Part shown: piece by piece, positions 50,189-58,863 of the stretch | Numbering within the stretch: position 1 is the stretch's first letter | How the letters are laid out: every line of letters begins with the position of its first letter | Source of the DNA: Candidatus Saccharimonadia bacterium | GTDB lineage: Bacteria; Patescibacteriota; Saccharimonadia; UBA4664 | Direction: 5' to 3' | NCBI GenBank assembly: GCA_038245115.1 | Contig: JBBRSS010000002.1 | Coordinates: forward strand, 7,020 to 71,019 | Length of the DNA: 64,000 nt | The notes under the pieces: model-generated | What the model saw: only the letters and a program-made list of their open reading frames with translations | Told to the model about the DNA's origin: nothing | The model's database searches: none | Position numbers and translations under genes: made by a program

Positions 50189-51661
50189 ATGGCAAAGTGG
50201 CTTACCAAATCCGATTACCTGAAGTTTCTGATTCATTCCGCCTATCTGTGGCTGGCTAAGTATGCCAAAGACGAGCTGCCGGAGTTTAACGAAGTGGCGC
50301 AGGCTAATGTTGACCAGGGCAATGCCGTAGAGGCGGTGGCCATAGGCTTGTGGCCGCACGGGCATCTTATCGACGTGTCGATGTTTGACGGCCCCGACGA
50401 AAGCGCCCGCCAAATGCGCCCTGGCGGCCCCGAAGTACTGTTTCAACCCAGCGTCCTGACCGACCGCCGCCTGTATGTGCGCTCGGACGTAATGATTCGG
50501 CGCGGTACGAGCTGGGATTTGTACGAAATTAAAGGCGCTGCTTCGGCCAAAACCGCGCATCTGCTCGATCTGGCTTTTCAGCGCTATGTCTGGGAGGAAG
50601 CCGGCGTTACAATTGGTCGCAGCTTCGTGGTTCACATTAACGCCCAGTATGTGCGCGATGGCGCCATTGATCCCGAGCAACTATTTACCACCGTGGAGGT
50701 CACCGACCAGATCCAGCCGCTGGCCGCCAGCACCGCCGACAAGGTAGCTGAGGCCATGGCAGTAATGAAGCTGCCCGACGCCCCGAACGATGCGCCCGAG
50801 CTGGCGGGGGATTGGTTTGGCTACCGCGATATCTACCGCCACCTGCATACCGATATTCCCGCCGGCAGCGTGCTCAACCTCACCCGGTTGAATCTGGGCC
50901 AGATCAAGGCTCTGGCCCAGCAGGGGATTACCGCCATCGGCGACATCCCGGATGATCTTGACCTCAAACCGCAGCAACAAGCCCAAATAGAAGTAGTTCG
51001 CAGTGGCGTGCCCCACATCCATCACGAGAAAATCAAACACTCCCTCAGCGAATTAGTCTACCCCCTGTACTTTCTAGACTACGAGACCTTTGCCAGCGCC
51101 ATTCCGCTCTACAACGGCGTTCGCCCCTACCAACAATTGCCGTTTCAATATTCGCTGCACATCGTCGAGACCGCCGGCGGACCACTGTTACACAAGGAGT
51201 TTTTGGCGCGGGGAGAGGATTATCCCGTACCCGAGCTCCTGGCTCACATGCAGGCCGATTTTGGCCCCGCCGGCAGCGTAATCGTCTGGAACAAGAGCTT
51301 CGAAATGGGCTGCAACGATGCCATGGCCGCCCTACACCCCGAATTTGCCGATTTTTTGGCCGACGTCAACACTCGCGTCTATGACCTCATGGAGATTTTT
51401 GCCAACGGTTGGTACGCCGACCCTGGTTTTATGGGCAGCGCCAGCATCAAAAAAGTTTTGCCCGTGCTTGTGCCGGAGCTGTCATATAAAGACCTGGGCA
51501 TCGGCGAGGGTATGACCGCCCAAATTCGCTGGATGCGCGCCGCCCGCGGCGAGCTAACAGCCGAAAAAACCCAACAAGTCTATGACGATCTGGTTGAGTA
51601 TTGCGGCCAAGATACCCTGGCGATGGTGAAAATCTACGAGGTTATTCAAGAAGTTATATAG
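50189..51661 (+). CDS. DUF2779 protein (PD-(D/E)xK/Cas4-like N-terminus + RNase H-like DEDD domain)
   Basis: LTKSDY, D......WDLYEIK, DLAFQ, FLDYET, Q.PFQYSLH, SIKKVLP, YC..DT.AM. Confidence 0.88.
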   Translation: MAKWLTKSDYLKFLIHSAYLWLAKYAKDELPEFNEVAQANVDQGNAVEAVAIGLWPHGHLIDVSMFDGPDESARQMRPGGPEVLFQPSVLTDRRLYVRSDVMIRRGTSWDLYEIKGAASAKTAHLLDLAFQRYVWEEAGVTIGRSFVVHINAQYVRDGAIDPEQLFTTVEVTDQIQPLAASTADKVAEAMAVMKLPDAPNDAPELAGDWFGYRDIYRHLHTDIPAGSVLNLTRLNLGQIKALAQQGITAIGDIPDDLDLKPQQQAQIEVVRSGVPHIHHEKIKHSLSELVYPLYFLDYETFASAIPLYNGVRPYQQLPFQYSLHIVETAGGPLLHKEFLARGEDYPVPELLAHMQADFGPAGSVIVWNKSFEMGCNDAMAALHPEFADFLADVNTRVYDLMEIFANGWYADPGFMGSASIKKVLPVLVPELSYKDLGIGEGMTAQIRWMRAARGELTAEKTQQVYDDLVEYCGQDTLAMVKIYEVIQEVI

Positions 51662-51724
51662 GCGATAAAGACTATCTATGGCAGAATGTTCTTATGCTTA
51701 TAAACTTCTGGCCATCTAGGTAGT

Positions 51725-53161
51725 ATGCAGCCAAACGGCGAACGCAAACTTATTATCAGTTTCCGCCTCGAACACCTGCTGGGGTGGGGGATTACTATTG
51801 CGCTGTGTCTCGTCCCGGCCATAATGTGGGCTCAAATCCACCCTCTCAACCAAATTCGCGGCTTTTCCGGCGTCATGCTCAGCCTCGGTCGGGTCACCGG
51901 CTTGGTCGGACTTGTCCTATACGCCCTGAATCTGGTGTATTCCACCAGGCTACGCTTTCTCGAACCCTTATTTGGCGGCCTCAACCGCGTCTACATCGCT
52001 CACCACATCCTGGGCGGCCTCGCCCTCATTTTGTTGTCATTTCACCCTGTCCTATTATCCCTGCGCTATATCACCAAAATATCCCTATCTTCGCCCTATA
52101 TTGCCGGCTCATTCCATCAGGCCGCCCTGGTTCTATTGCCCAACGGCCTTACGCCCGTTAATGCCCTATTTAACACTCACCTCGACAACCACGCGATTGT
52201 CCTCGAACAATGGGCCCTGCTCTTTGGCATTATCGCCTTCTGGGGCATGGTTGTTCTGTTATTAGTGACGTTCTTCATCAAAATTCCTTACCGCATCTGG
52301 ATAGTGACTCACCGCTTTTTGGGAGCTGCCTTCTTTTTTGCCGGCCTTCACGTACTATTTATTACCAGCGACGTCAGCACCCACCCGGGGCTCAAATACT
52401 ACATTCTTGGCTTTACCGCCATCGGCCTGCTGGCATTTACCTACAAAACGTTATCCGGCAAAATTCTCATCCGTAAACACCGCTACGTCGTTAAGTCCGT
52501 CCAGGTCAACGGCGGCAATGTCACCCAGATAACCATGTCGCCCGAAAACCGCCCCATGATGTACAAAAGCGGCCAATTTATTTTCATTCACTTCCTTAAC
52601 GCCCACGCCCTAGGTATTAGTTCCGAGTGGCACCCGTTCTCGATTTCGTCAGGCTCAAACGATGCTAACCTCCAGGTCAGCATTAAGGGGCTCGGGGACT
52701 TTACCAACAAGTTGGGTGCGCTCAAACCGGGCATTATTGCCGAAGTTGAAGGCGCTTATGGCAAATTTACTTACTCCAACTATCATAATCTCAACCAAAT
52801 CTGGATCGCCGGCGGCATCGGGATTGCCCCGTTCGTCTCGATGGCTCGCAGCCTACCGGCCAGCGGATTTCGGATTGACCTCTATTATTCGGTCAAAACC
52901 ACCAGCGAGATTATCGACTGGCAGACCCTGGTTGATGTCGCCACCGCCACCAAGGGCTACTTTCGAGTCATTCCCTACATTGCCGACCAACAACAAGGCT
53001 ACCTGACCGCCGACTTCATCGAGGCGACAAGCCATGGCCTCACCGGCAAAGATATTTTCATTTGCGGACCGCCCGCAATGATGAAGTCGATGCACAATCA
53101 AATGCGGGCCAAAGCCATCCCTGGAACCAGCATTCATACCGAAGAGTTTGCAATGTCATGA
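51725..53161 (+). CDS. NOX/ferric reductase-like flavocytochrome (di-heme TM + FAD + NAD(P)H domains)
   Basis: Four heme His (AHH..FHP; THR..LHV), HPFSISS, EGAYG, AGGIGIAPF, CGP..MM, H.EEF. Confidence 0.93.
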   Translation: MQPNGERKLIISFRLEHLLGWGITIALCLVPAIMWAQIHPLNQIRGFSGVMLSLGRVTGLVGLVLYALNLVYSTRLRFLEPLFGGLNRVYIAHHILGGLALILLSFHPVLLSLRYITKISLSSPYIAGSFHQAALVLLPNGLTPVNALFNTHLDNHAIVLEQWALLFGIIAFWGMVVLLLVTFFIKIPYRIWIVTHRFLGAAFFFAGLHVLFITSDVSTHPGLKYYILGFTAIGLLAFTYKTLSGKILIRKHRYVVKSVQVNGGNVTQITMSPENRPMMYKSGQFIFIHFLNAHALGISSEWHPFSISSGSNDANLQVSIKGLGDFTNKLGALKPGIIAEVEGAYGKFTYSNYHNLNQIWIAGGIGIAPFVSMARSLPASGFRIDLYYSVKTTSEIIDWQTLVDVATATKGYFRVIPYIADQQQGYLTADFIEATSHGLTGKDIFICGPPAMMKSMHNQMRAKAIPGTSIHTEEFAMS

Positions 53162-53176
53162 CTTACGAGGTGATAT

Positions 53177-53935
53177 ATGTGGCTTAAGAAAAGTGTTGGC
53201 TTCGCAATGATTATTACCTGCGTTCTGCTAAACACGCTGGTGCTAATGGGCATATTTATTCCCGATAAGCTGCCGCCCGCCATTGCGCTACCGATTGAGG
53301 CCCCCGTAGCCGTAGTGGTCCCGCCCCCGACGGTAAACCTAGTTGCCACCCCGAGCAGCATCACGGCGGGCGGCTACAGTGCCCTCAGTTGGACGACTGG
53401 CGGCAACGTCTCCGGTTGCACCGCCTCGGGAAATTGGACCGGCTCCAAAACCGCCTTCGGCACCGAAAGCACCGGCCGCATTTCCAAAGCGGGTAACTAT
53501 ACCTACACAATGGAATGCCTCAACAGCGGCGGATCGGTCAAAACCTCAGCCGTTGTTACTGTGGGTAACGCTATTGCTCCGCCCAAAGCTGCCCCCATCA
53601 CGGTTTCAACCGGCGGGACAGTCTATTGCGGCGGCCGCACCCCATGCTACAGCCCCAGAGAAGTCGCCACTCACACTTCCTCCAGCAATTGTTGGGGCTG
53701 GAACCTCGACCGCGTTATTAATCTGTCCGGGTTTGATTCCGGCTTCCACGTTGTTAAAAGTGGCATCAGCTCGATTGCTATTAGTTCGATCTGCGGCAAG
53801 GACCTTTCTTCGTCACTATCCGGTCAGGTGGCTGCCGAAGGCCAAACCCGCAATCACAATGCCACCACCAAGCAAAATGCCGATAACAACATGCGCCCGT
53901 ATTTTGTCGGCTACCTCGACGCCGCTAAACCCTAA
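53177..53935 (+). CDS. Membrane-anchored protein: 1 Ig-like repeat + cytochrome b5-like domain
   Basis: Y...EVA.H....CW.....V.NL..F...H....ICG.D....H.......Y.VG.L. Confidence 0.78.
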   Translation: MWLKKSVGFAMIITCVLLNTLVLMGIFIPDKLPPAIALPIEAPVAVVVPPPTVNLVATPSSITAGGYSALSWTTGGNVSGCTASGNWTGSKTAFGTESTGRISKAGNYTYTMECLNSGGSVKTSAVVTVGNAIAPPKAAPITVSTGGTVYCGGRTPCYSPREVATHTSSSNCWGWNLDRVINLSGFDSGFHVVKSGISSIAISSICGKDLSSSLSGQVAAEGQTRNHNATTKQNADNNMRPYFVGYLDAAKP

Positions 53936-53947
53936 TCAGGAATCAAC

Positions 53948-54466
53948 ATGAAATTTCCTAAGTTCACCCCCCGCAACCGCCCCGCCGCCACCTATACGGC
54001 CGGCCTGATTATGCTTGGCTTGGCCGCGATCCTGCTGACGCTCACGCTCTTTACTCAACACCAAAACCGCCGAACCAGCCCACCCCAAACCGCCTATGCC
54101 AACGGCCAACTCGTCGCAATGGGCAGTGCTGCCGTCAAAATCAACCGAGTGACCTATAGCGAGGGCAAGGCGACCTTCCCGATTCCGCCGGGCCAACACT
54201 ACGTCATTGTCGACCTATCCGTCGCCAACACCAGCGACAAACCCATCAACATCTTGCCGGCCAGCGATATCTACCTCAAGACCGCTACTGGTGAAGTATC
54301 CTATTTGACCCCCTACGAACTCAACCAACCGTTCCGCGCCGGAGAGCTCTTGCCGGGTGAAACCATTCGCGGACAAATTAGCTATGCCGCGTCAAAAACT
54401 GCCCCAACCAAACTTTACGTCGACGGAATCTGGAGCGGGGGAGTTATTCCGTTCTCGCTGCGTTGA
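53948..54466 (+). CDS. DUF4352-like membrane-anchored Ig-fold protein
   Basis: G..YV.VD.SV.N, GEL.PGET.RG.I.Y. Confidence 0.8.
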   Translation: MKFPKFTPRNRPAATYTAGLIMLGLAAILLTLTLFTQHQNRRTSPPQTAYANGQLVAMGSAAVKINRVTYSEGKATFPIPPGQHYVIVDLSVANTSDKPINILPASDIYLKTATGEVSYLTPYELNQPFRAGELLPGETIRGQISYAASKTAPTKLYVDGIWSGGVIPFSLR

Positions 54467-54529
54467 ACACCTATACCAGTTATGCTAAAATCCTATCAAT
54501 ATCCGTCATAAGAGTGAAGAAATAATCCG

Positions 54530-55030
54530 ATGACCTTGGCCAAACACGATCATCTCTACAAAGCAGCGCACATCAGTGTCGCCTCATCGGTTGGTGTATT
54601 AATTGTAGCTACTATCATGCTCAATTCGTTTACTACGCCGCACCACGGCAACGTGCTAAGTCAAACAACAGCCGCCAATCGAACGGCTCGCACCGCCGCC
54701 TATGCTCTGACCATTAAGGACGTCACCCAGGCCCCGACCGACTCGGTATCTGGCCTCAAACGCGTTACCGTAGCCTTAAACATCGATAATTTAACCTCGG
54801 ATATCATCCAGATCTCCCCCGGACTCCAGATGTTCCTGCGCACCAGCACCGGCCAACAATATAATCTGACCGCCAAATACCTTGCCCCCGGTATCGACAT
54901 TGGCGGCCCCGTGGCAGCCGGAGCCCAAACATCGCTCAACGTCGACTTTGACCTCCCAGCTAGCTCAACACCTACGACGTTTATATACCAACCAGATGCC
55001 GGCAGCACGCCGAGCCAAATCAAACTCTAG
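54530..55030 (+). CDS. DUF4352-like membrane-anchored protein
   Basis: TM helix; V.V...I.N, G..Y, G.V.AG......V.FD.P. Confidence 0.72.
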   Translation: MTLAKHDHLYKAAHISVASSVGVLIVATIMLNSFTTPHHGNVLSQTTAANRTARTAAYALTIKDVTQAPTDSVSGLKRVTVALNIDNLTSDIIQISPGLQMFLRTSTGQQYNLTAKYLAPGIDIGGPVAAGAQTSLNVDFDLPASSTPTTFIYQPDAGSTPSQIKL

Positions 55031-55037
55031 GATCGTT

Positions 55038-57470
55038 ATGGACCCCGTTGTTATTACCCTCAATGAACCAAGCTCACCGATACCTCTGCCTGGGCCGCCA
55101 AAACTGGGGCCCAAGGGAACGAAATTTTTGCTCGGAATATCTACGGTCATAATTAGCCTCACAATTTTGGCTTTTAGCGTCTACACAGTTCTCGTTAACA
55201 ACCAGAAATTTCGACAATCCACTGGCCTGGCTGTACCCACCCCCATTCAAACTACCGGCAATACCAAAAGCTCGGCCAGCCTACCTGGCGGTGGTATTGC
55301 CGTGGGCACCGGCGGCAATACCGGCACCAATAGTCCTGTTATCACCCTCACGTCTAACCCGGCCTCAGTTGTCGCCGGCGGCAAAGCCACCCTCACCTGG
55401 AGCGTTACCAATAATCCAACCTCATGCACGGCCAGCGATGACTGGTCCGGCACTAAGCCGACCAAAGGCTCCGAACCCACTCCATCGTTGACAATCGTTC
55501 AGACCTACTTGTTTACTCTGACATGCAAAAACGCCACCGGCACCGGATTTGCCACCGTCGGAGTTGGCGCAACAGATCAAGGCGGTAGCGGTACGGCTTC
55601 GCGGCCAATAGTTAGCCTAGCCGCCACCCCTACCTCGCTCTACACCGGCGATAGTTCAACTCTGAGCTGGAGTGTCACCAATAACCCCAGCTCCTGCACC
55701 GCTTCCGGCAACTGGAGCGGCATCAAATCCGGCACCGGCACGGCTAGCACCGGAGCCCTGACCGCCGCCAAAACTTATACCTACACCCTGTCTTGTAGCA
55801 ATTCCGGCGGCAACGGCTATGCTACCGCCACCGTTGCGGTGGTCGACCCGCCGCCCAACTTGCCGATTGTGTCGCTCTCCAGCAACCCGGTAGGACCGGT
55901 CACCCCCGGCACGGCTGTTACCCTCACCTGGGCAGTCACCAATACCCCCAGTTCCTGTATCGCTACGGGCGACTGGACAGGCGCCAAAGCCACCGGCGGC
56001 GGGTCGCAGGCCATGGGCGCTCTGAACACCATCAAGTCCTACACCTACACAATAAGTTGCAGCAACAGCACCGGCAGCACCATAGACACGGCGGTTATCC
56101 AAGTATTACCTAACGCACCCGTAGTCTCACTCTCGGTTAGTCCGAATTCTATATTTGTTGGCGGCACCGCCATTGTCACCTGGAGCGCCACCAATACCCC
56201 CACCTCTTGTACCGCTAGCGGCGATTGGACCGGCGCCAAAGCGGCCAGCGGCAGCGCCGGCACCGGCGCTCTTAATACCGCAAAAACCTACCTGTATAGC
56301 TTATCCTGCACCAACGCTGGCGGTACGGGCTTTGCCAACAACGTCGCCCTCAGCGTCACTGTCCCGCCCGCACCCGTAGTATCACTCTCGGCTAATCCAA
56401 TTTCTATTACTACTGGCGGCAGCTCAACGCTCACCTGGAGCGCCACCAATAACCCCACCTCTTGTACCGCTAGCGGCGATTGGACGGGCGCCAAATCGGC
56501 CAGCGGCACGCAAAACACCGGGGCACTGACTACGGTCAAAACTTATAGCTACTCCCTAGTTTGTAGCAATGCCGGCGGCAGCAATACCGCCAATACCACC
56601 GTAAACGTAGCTTCCGGGACCGCCCCTGCCGTCACGCCGATAGTTACCATCTCGGTATCTCCCGCTAGCATCGGCACCGGCAGCAGTGCCACCTTAAGCT
56701 GGAGCGCCACCAACAACCCCAGCTCGTGTACGGCCTCCGGATCCTGGAGCGGGGCCAAGGCCGGCAGCGGCAGCACCAATACCGGCGCCATGCCAACGGC
56801 TGGGACTTTCACCTATACGCTGGCCTGTAGCAATACCGCCGGGACCAATACAAAATCAGCCGTTCTCACCGTACTTGCCGTACCTGTGGTCAGCATCTCG
56901 GTAGCGCCCGCCTCTATCAACACCGGCAGCGCCGCCACGGTCACCTGGAGCGCCACGGCCAGTCCCACCAGCTGCACCGCCAGCGGTTCGTGGAGCGGTT
57001 CAAAAGCTGCTTCCGGCAGCGTTAGCACCGGAGCCATTGCGAGTGCCGGATCTTACACCTACACATTATCTTGCACCAATACCGGCGGCTCCGGCTCCAA
57101 CTCAGCTACCCTAACCGCCACCAACCCAGCCCCCGTGTACTGTGGCGGCAATACCCCTTGTTACGGCGTCACCGACGTGGCCGGTCATGCATCAGTCGGC
57201 AACTGCTGGGGCTGGAATCTCAACCGAGTCATCAATATCACCGGTTTCCGGCCTAAGCACCCTGGCGGCCAGCAAACCGGATCGCTCGAAAGTGCCACCT
57301 CCAGCTGCAACCGTGACCTTCACGCCATCCTCGTCGGCAGTGCCGCCATTACCGGCTACAAAGACAGCGGCGGCTCGACCACCCACAACCACACCAAGGG
57401 CGGCGCCAACAATACTGCAAGCTCGATTCTTTCCTACCTAGTCGGGTACTGGGACGCAACCAAACCGTAA
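55038..57470 (+). CDS. Membrane-anchored stalk protein: 7 Cys-containing Ig-like repeats + C-terminal cytochrome b5-like domain
   Basis: Seven repeats TLTW...N.P.SCTASG.W.G.K...Y.YTL.C.N; C-terminal DVA.H....CW....V.NIT.F..KHPGG...C..D...H....Y.VG.W. Confidence 0.85.
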   Translation: MDPVVITLNEPSSPIPLPGPPKLGPKGTKFLLGISTVIISLTILAFSVYTVLVNNQKFRQSTGLAVPTPIQTTGNTKSSASLPGGGIAVGTGGNTGTNSPVITLTSNPASVVAGGKATLTWSVTNNPTSCTASDDWSGTKPTKGSEPTPSLTIVQTYLFTLTCKNATGTGFATVGVGATDQGGSGTASRPIVSLAATPTSLYTGDSSTLSWSVTNNPSSCTASGNWSGIKSGTGTASTGALTAAKTYTYTLSCSNSGGNGYATATVAVVDPPPNLPIVSLSSNPVGPVTPGTAVTLTWAVTNTPSSCIATGDWTGAKATGGGSQAMGALNTIKSYTYTISCSNSTGSTIDTAVIQVLPNAPVVSLSVSPNSIFVGGTAIVTWSATNTPTSCTASGDWTGAKAASGSAGTGALNTAKTYLYSLSCTNAGGTGFANNVALSVTVPPAPVVSLSANPISITTGGSSTLTWSATNNPTSCTASGDWTGAKSASGTQNTGALTTVKTYSYSLVCSNAGGSNTANTTVNVASGTAPAVTPIVTISVSPASIGTGSSATLSWSATNNPSSCTASGSWSGAKAGSGSTNTGAMPTAGTFTYTLACSNTAGTNTKSAVLTVLAVPVVSISVAPASINTGSAATVTWSATASPTSCTASGSWSGSKAASGSVSTGAIASAGSYTYTLSCTNTGGSGSNSATLTATNPAPVYCGGNTPCYGVTDVAGHASVGNCWGWNLNRVINITGFRPKHPGGQQTGSLESATSSCNRDLHAILVGSAAITGYKDSGGSTTHNHTKGGANNTASSILSYLVGYWDATKP
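55335..57125 (+). repeat. Seven coding tandem repeats of ~250-270 nt
   Basis: Recurring CACCTGGAGCGCCACCAA...TGxACCGCxAGCGG; copies 4 and 5 share long near-identical cores. Confidence 0.9.
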
Positions 57471-57484
57471 TTTAAGGACATATT

Positions 57485-58045
57485 ATGAACAAAATCCACC
57501 ATCGACACTTCCAAATACGAGACCATTTTATGAGCTGGGCCGGAGTGCTTACCGCCTTAATAGTTCTGCTCATTATCAACGCCACCTACATTTCAAGCCG
57601 CATCACACACGACAATCCGCTGCCCACACCACGCATAATTCCAAACTCAAATTATATACTGACCTCACTTCAGACTGACGAAACCAAGGCATATTCACTC
57701 AGCGTTAGCAACGTCACCGAGAATTCCAATTTCGACCCCGCCTTCACAATCGATCCCACCCACACCATGCTGATCATGGATGTTTCAATCACCAACCATT
57801 CGGCCGGCAAACAAGATCTCACTCCGACAACGCAATTCTACGTCCGAGACCGCGAAGGTGACACCTTCGTAATGCACCCTTCGATCCGAATAACGAACCC
57901 GCTTGCGGCAACATCCATTGGGGCTGGCCAAACGGTTAAGGGGCAAATCTCCTTCGACGTTCCCAAAAAACTAGCCCACCCGCTGCTTTACGTTGATTTT
58001 GGCTGGAACGATCTAGCTCCCACCGTTATCGACGTCCTGAAATAG
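57485..58045 (+). CDS. DUF4352-like membrane-anchored protein
   Basis: L..DV.ITN, F.V.D..G, G.TV.G.I.F.VP. Confidence 0.8.
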   Translation: MNKIHHRHFQIRDHFMSWAGVLTALIVLLIINATYISSRITHDNPLPTPRIIPNSNYILTSLQTDETKAYSLSVSNVTENSNFDPAFTIDPTHTMLIMDVSITNHSAGKQDLTPTTQFYVRDREGDTFVMHPSIRITNPLAATSIGAGQTVKGQISFDVPKKLAHPLLYVDFGWNDLAPTVIDVLK

Positions 58046-58863
58046 TGACTACTCCCTCGTCATCGACAACCGCCAAGCTAACTGCCCTCCTCGACGAGTT
58101 TAACGGGGACGTTGAGGCCGCCGAACAAGCCTTGCGCGACCTCAACAAATTCAATCAACGAGCACAAACTCCCGACATCGACCGATCCGGCGCCGCTGTC
58201 GTTGTGGCCCTCAAAAATGTCAATCGGGTATACAAACTGGGCCACAATAAAGTGGGGGCGATAAATGATGCCACTCTCGAAATCCGCCAAGGGGAGTTCG
58301 TGGCTATCACCGGCCCCAGCGGTTCCGGCAAAAGCACCCTGCTCAATCTTATCGGCGGACTCGACAAGCCCGACAGCGGATCGGTCCAAGTCGATAACCA
58401 CGACCTCGCCAAACTCAGCGACCGCAAACTATCCGTCTTCCGCAACACTACCGTCGGTTTTGTCTTCCAGTTTTTCTACCTTCAGCCGTTTTTAAGCGTC
58501 CGGACCAACCTGGCCGTACCGGGGATGTTTTCGCACCTACCGCGTGCCCAGCGAGACACTCGCATAACCGAGCTTGCCGAAGCCGTTGGCCTCACCGACC
58601 GCCTGGATCACTTGCCCAAAGAACTCTCCGGCGGCCAAATGCAGCGCGCCGCCATAGCCCGCGCCCTGCTCAATCGGCCCAAGATAATTCTGGCCGACGA
58701 ACCCACCGGCAATGTCGACCGGGCCAACGCCCGAGCCATTATCGACCTCTTCTCCAAGGTCCGTGACACCTACGACACCACTGTCATCATCGTTACGCAT
58801 GATCCGGAAGTCGCCTCGCAGGCCGACCGCACTATCGCACTAAGAGACGGGAAAATTATCTAA
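58045..58863 (+). CDS. ABC transporter ATP-binding protein, LolD/MacB family
   Basis: [28 protein letters not shown]; TAGTG overlap. Confidence 0.95.
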   Translation: MTTPSSSTTAKLTALLDEFNGDVEAAEQALRDLNKFNQRAQTPDIDRSGAAVVVALKNVNRVYKLGHNKVGAINDATLEIRQGEFVAITGPSGSGKSTLLNLIGGLDKPDSGSVQVDNHDLAKLSDRKLSVFRNTTVGFVFQFFYLQPFLSVRTNLAVPGMFSHLPRAQRDTRITELAEAVGLTDRLDHLPKELSGGQMQRAAIARALLNRPKIILADEPTGNVDRANARAIIDLFSKVRDTYDTTVIIVTHDPEVASQADRTIALRDGKII

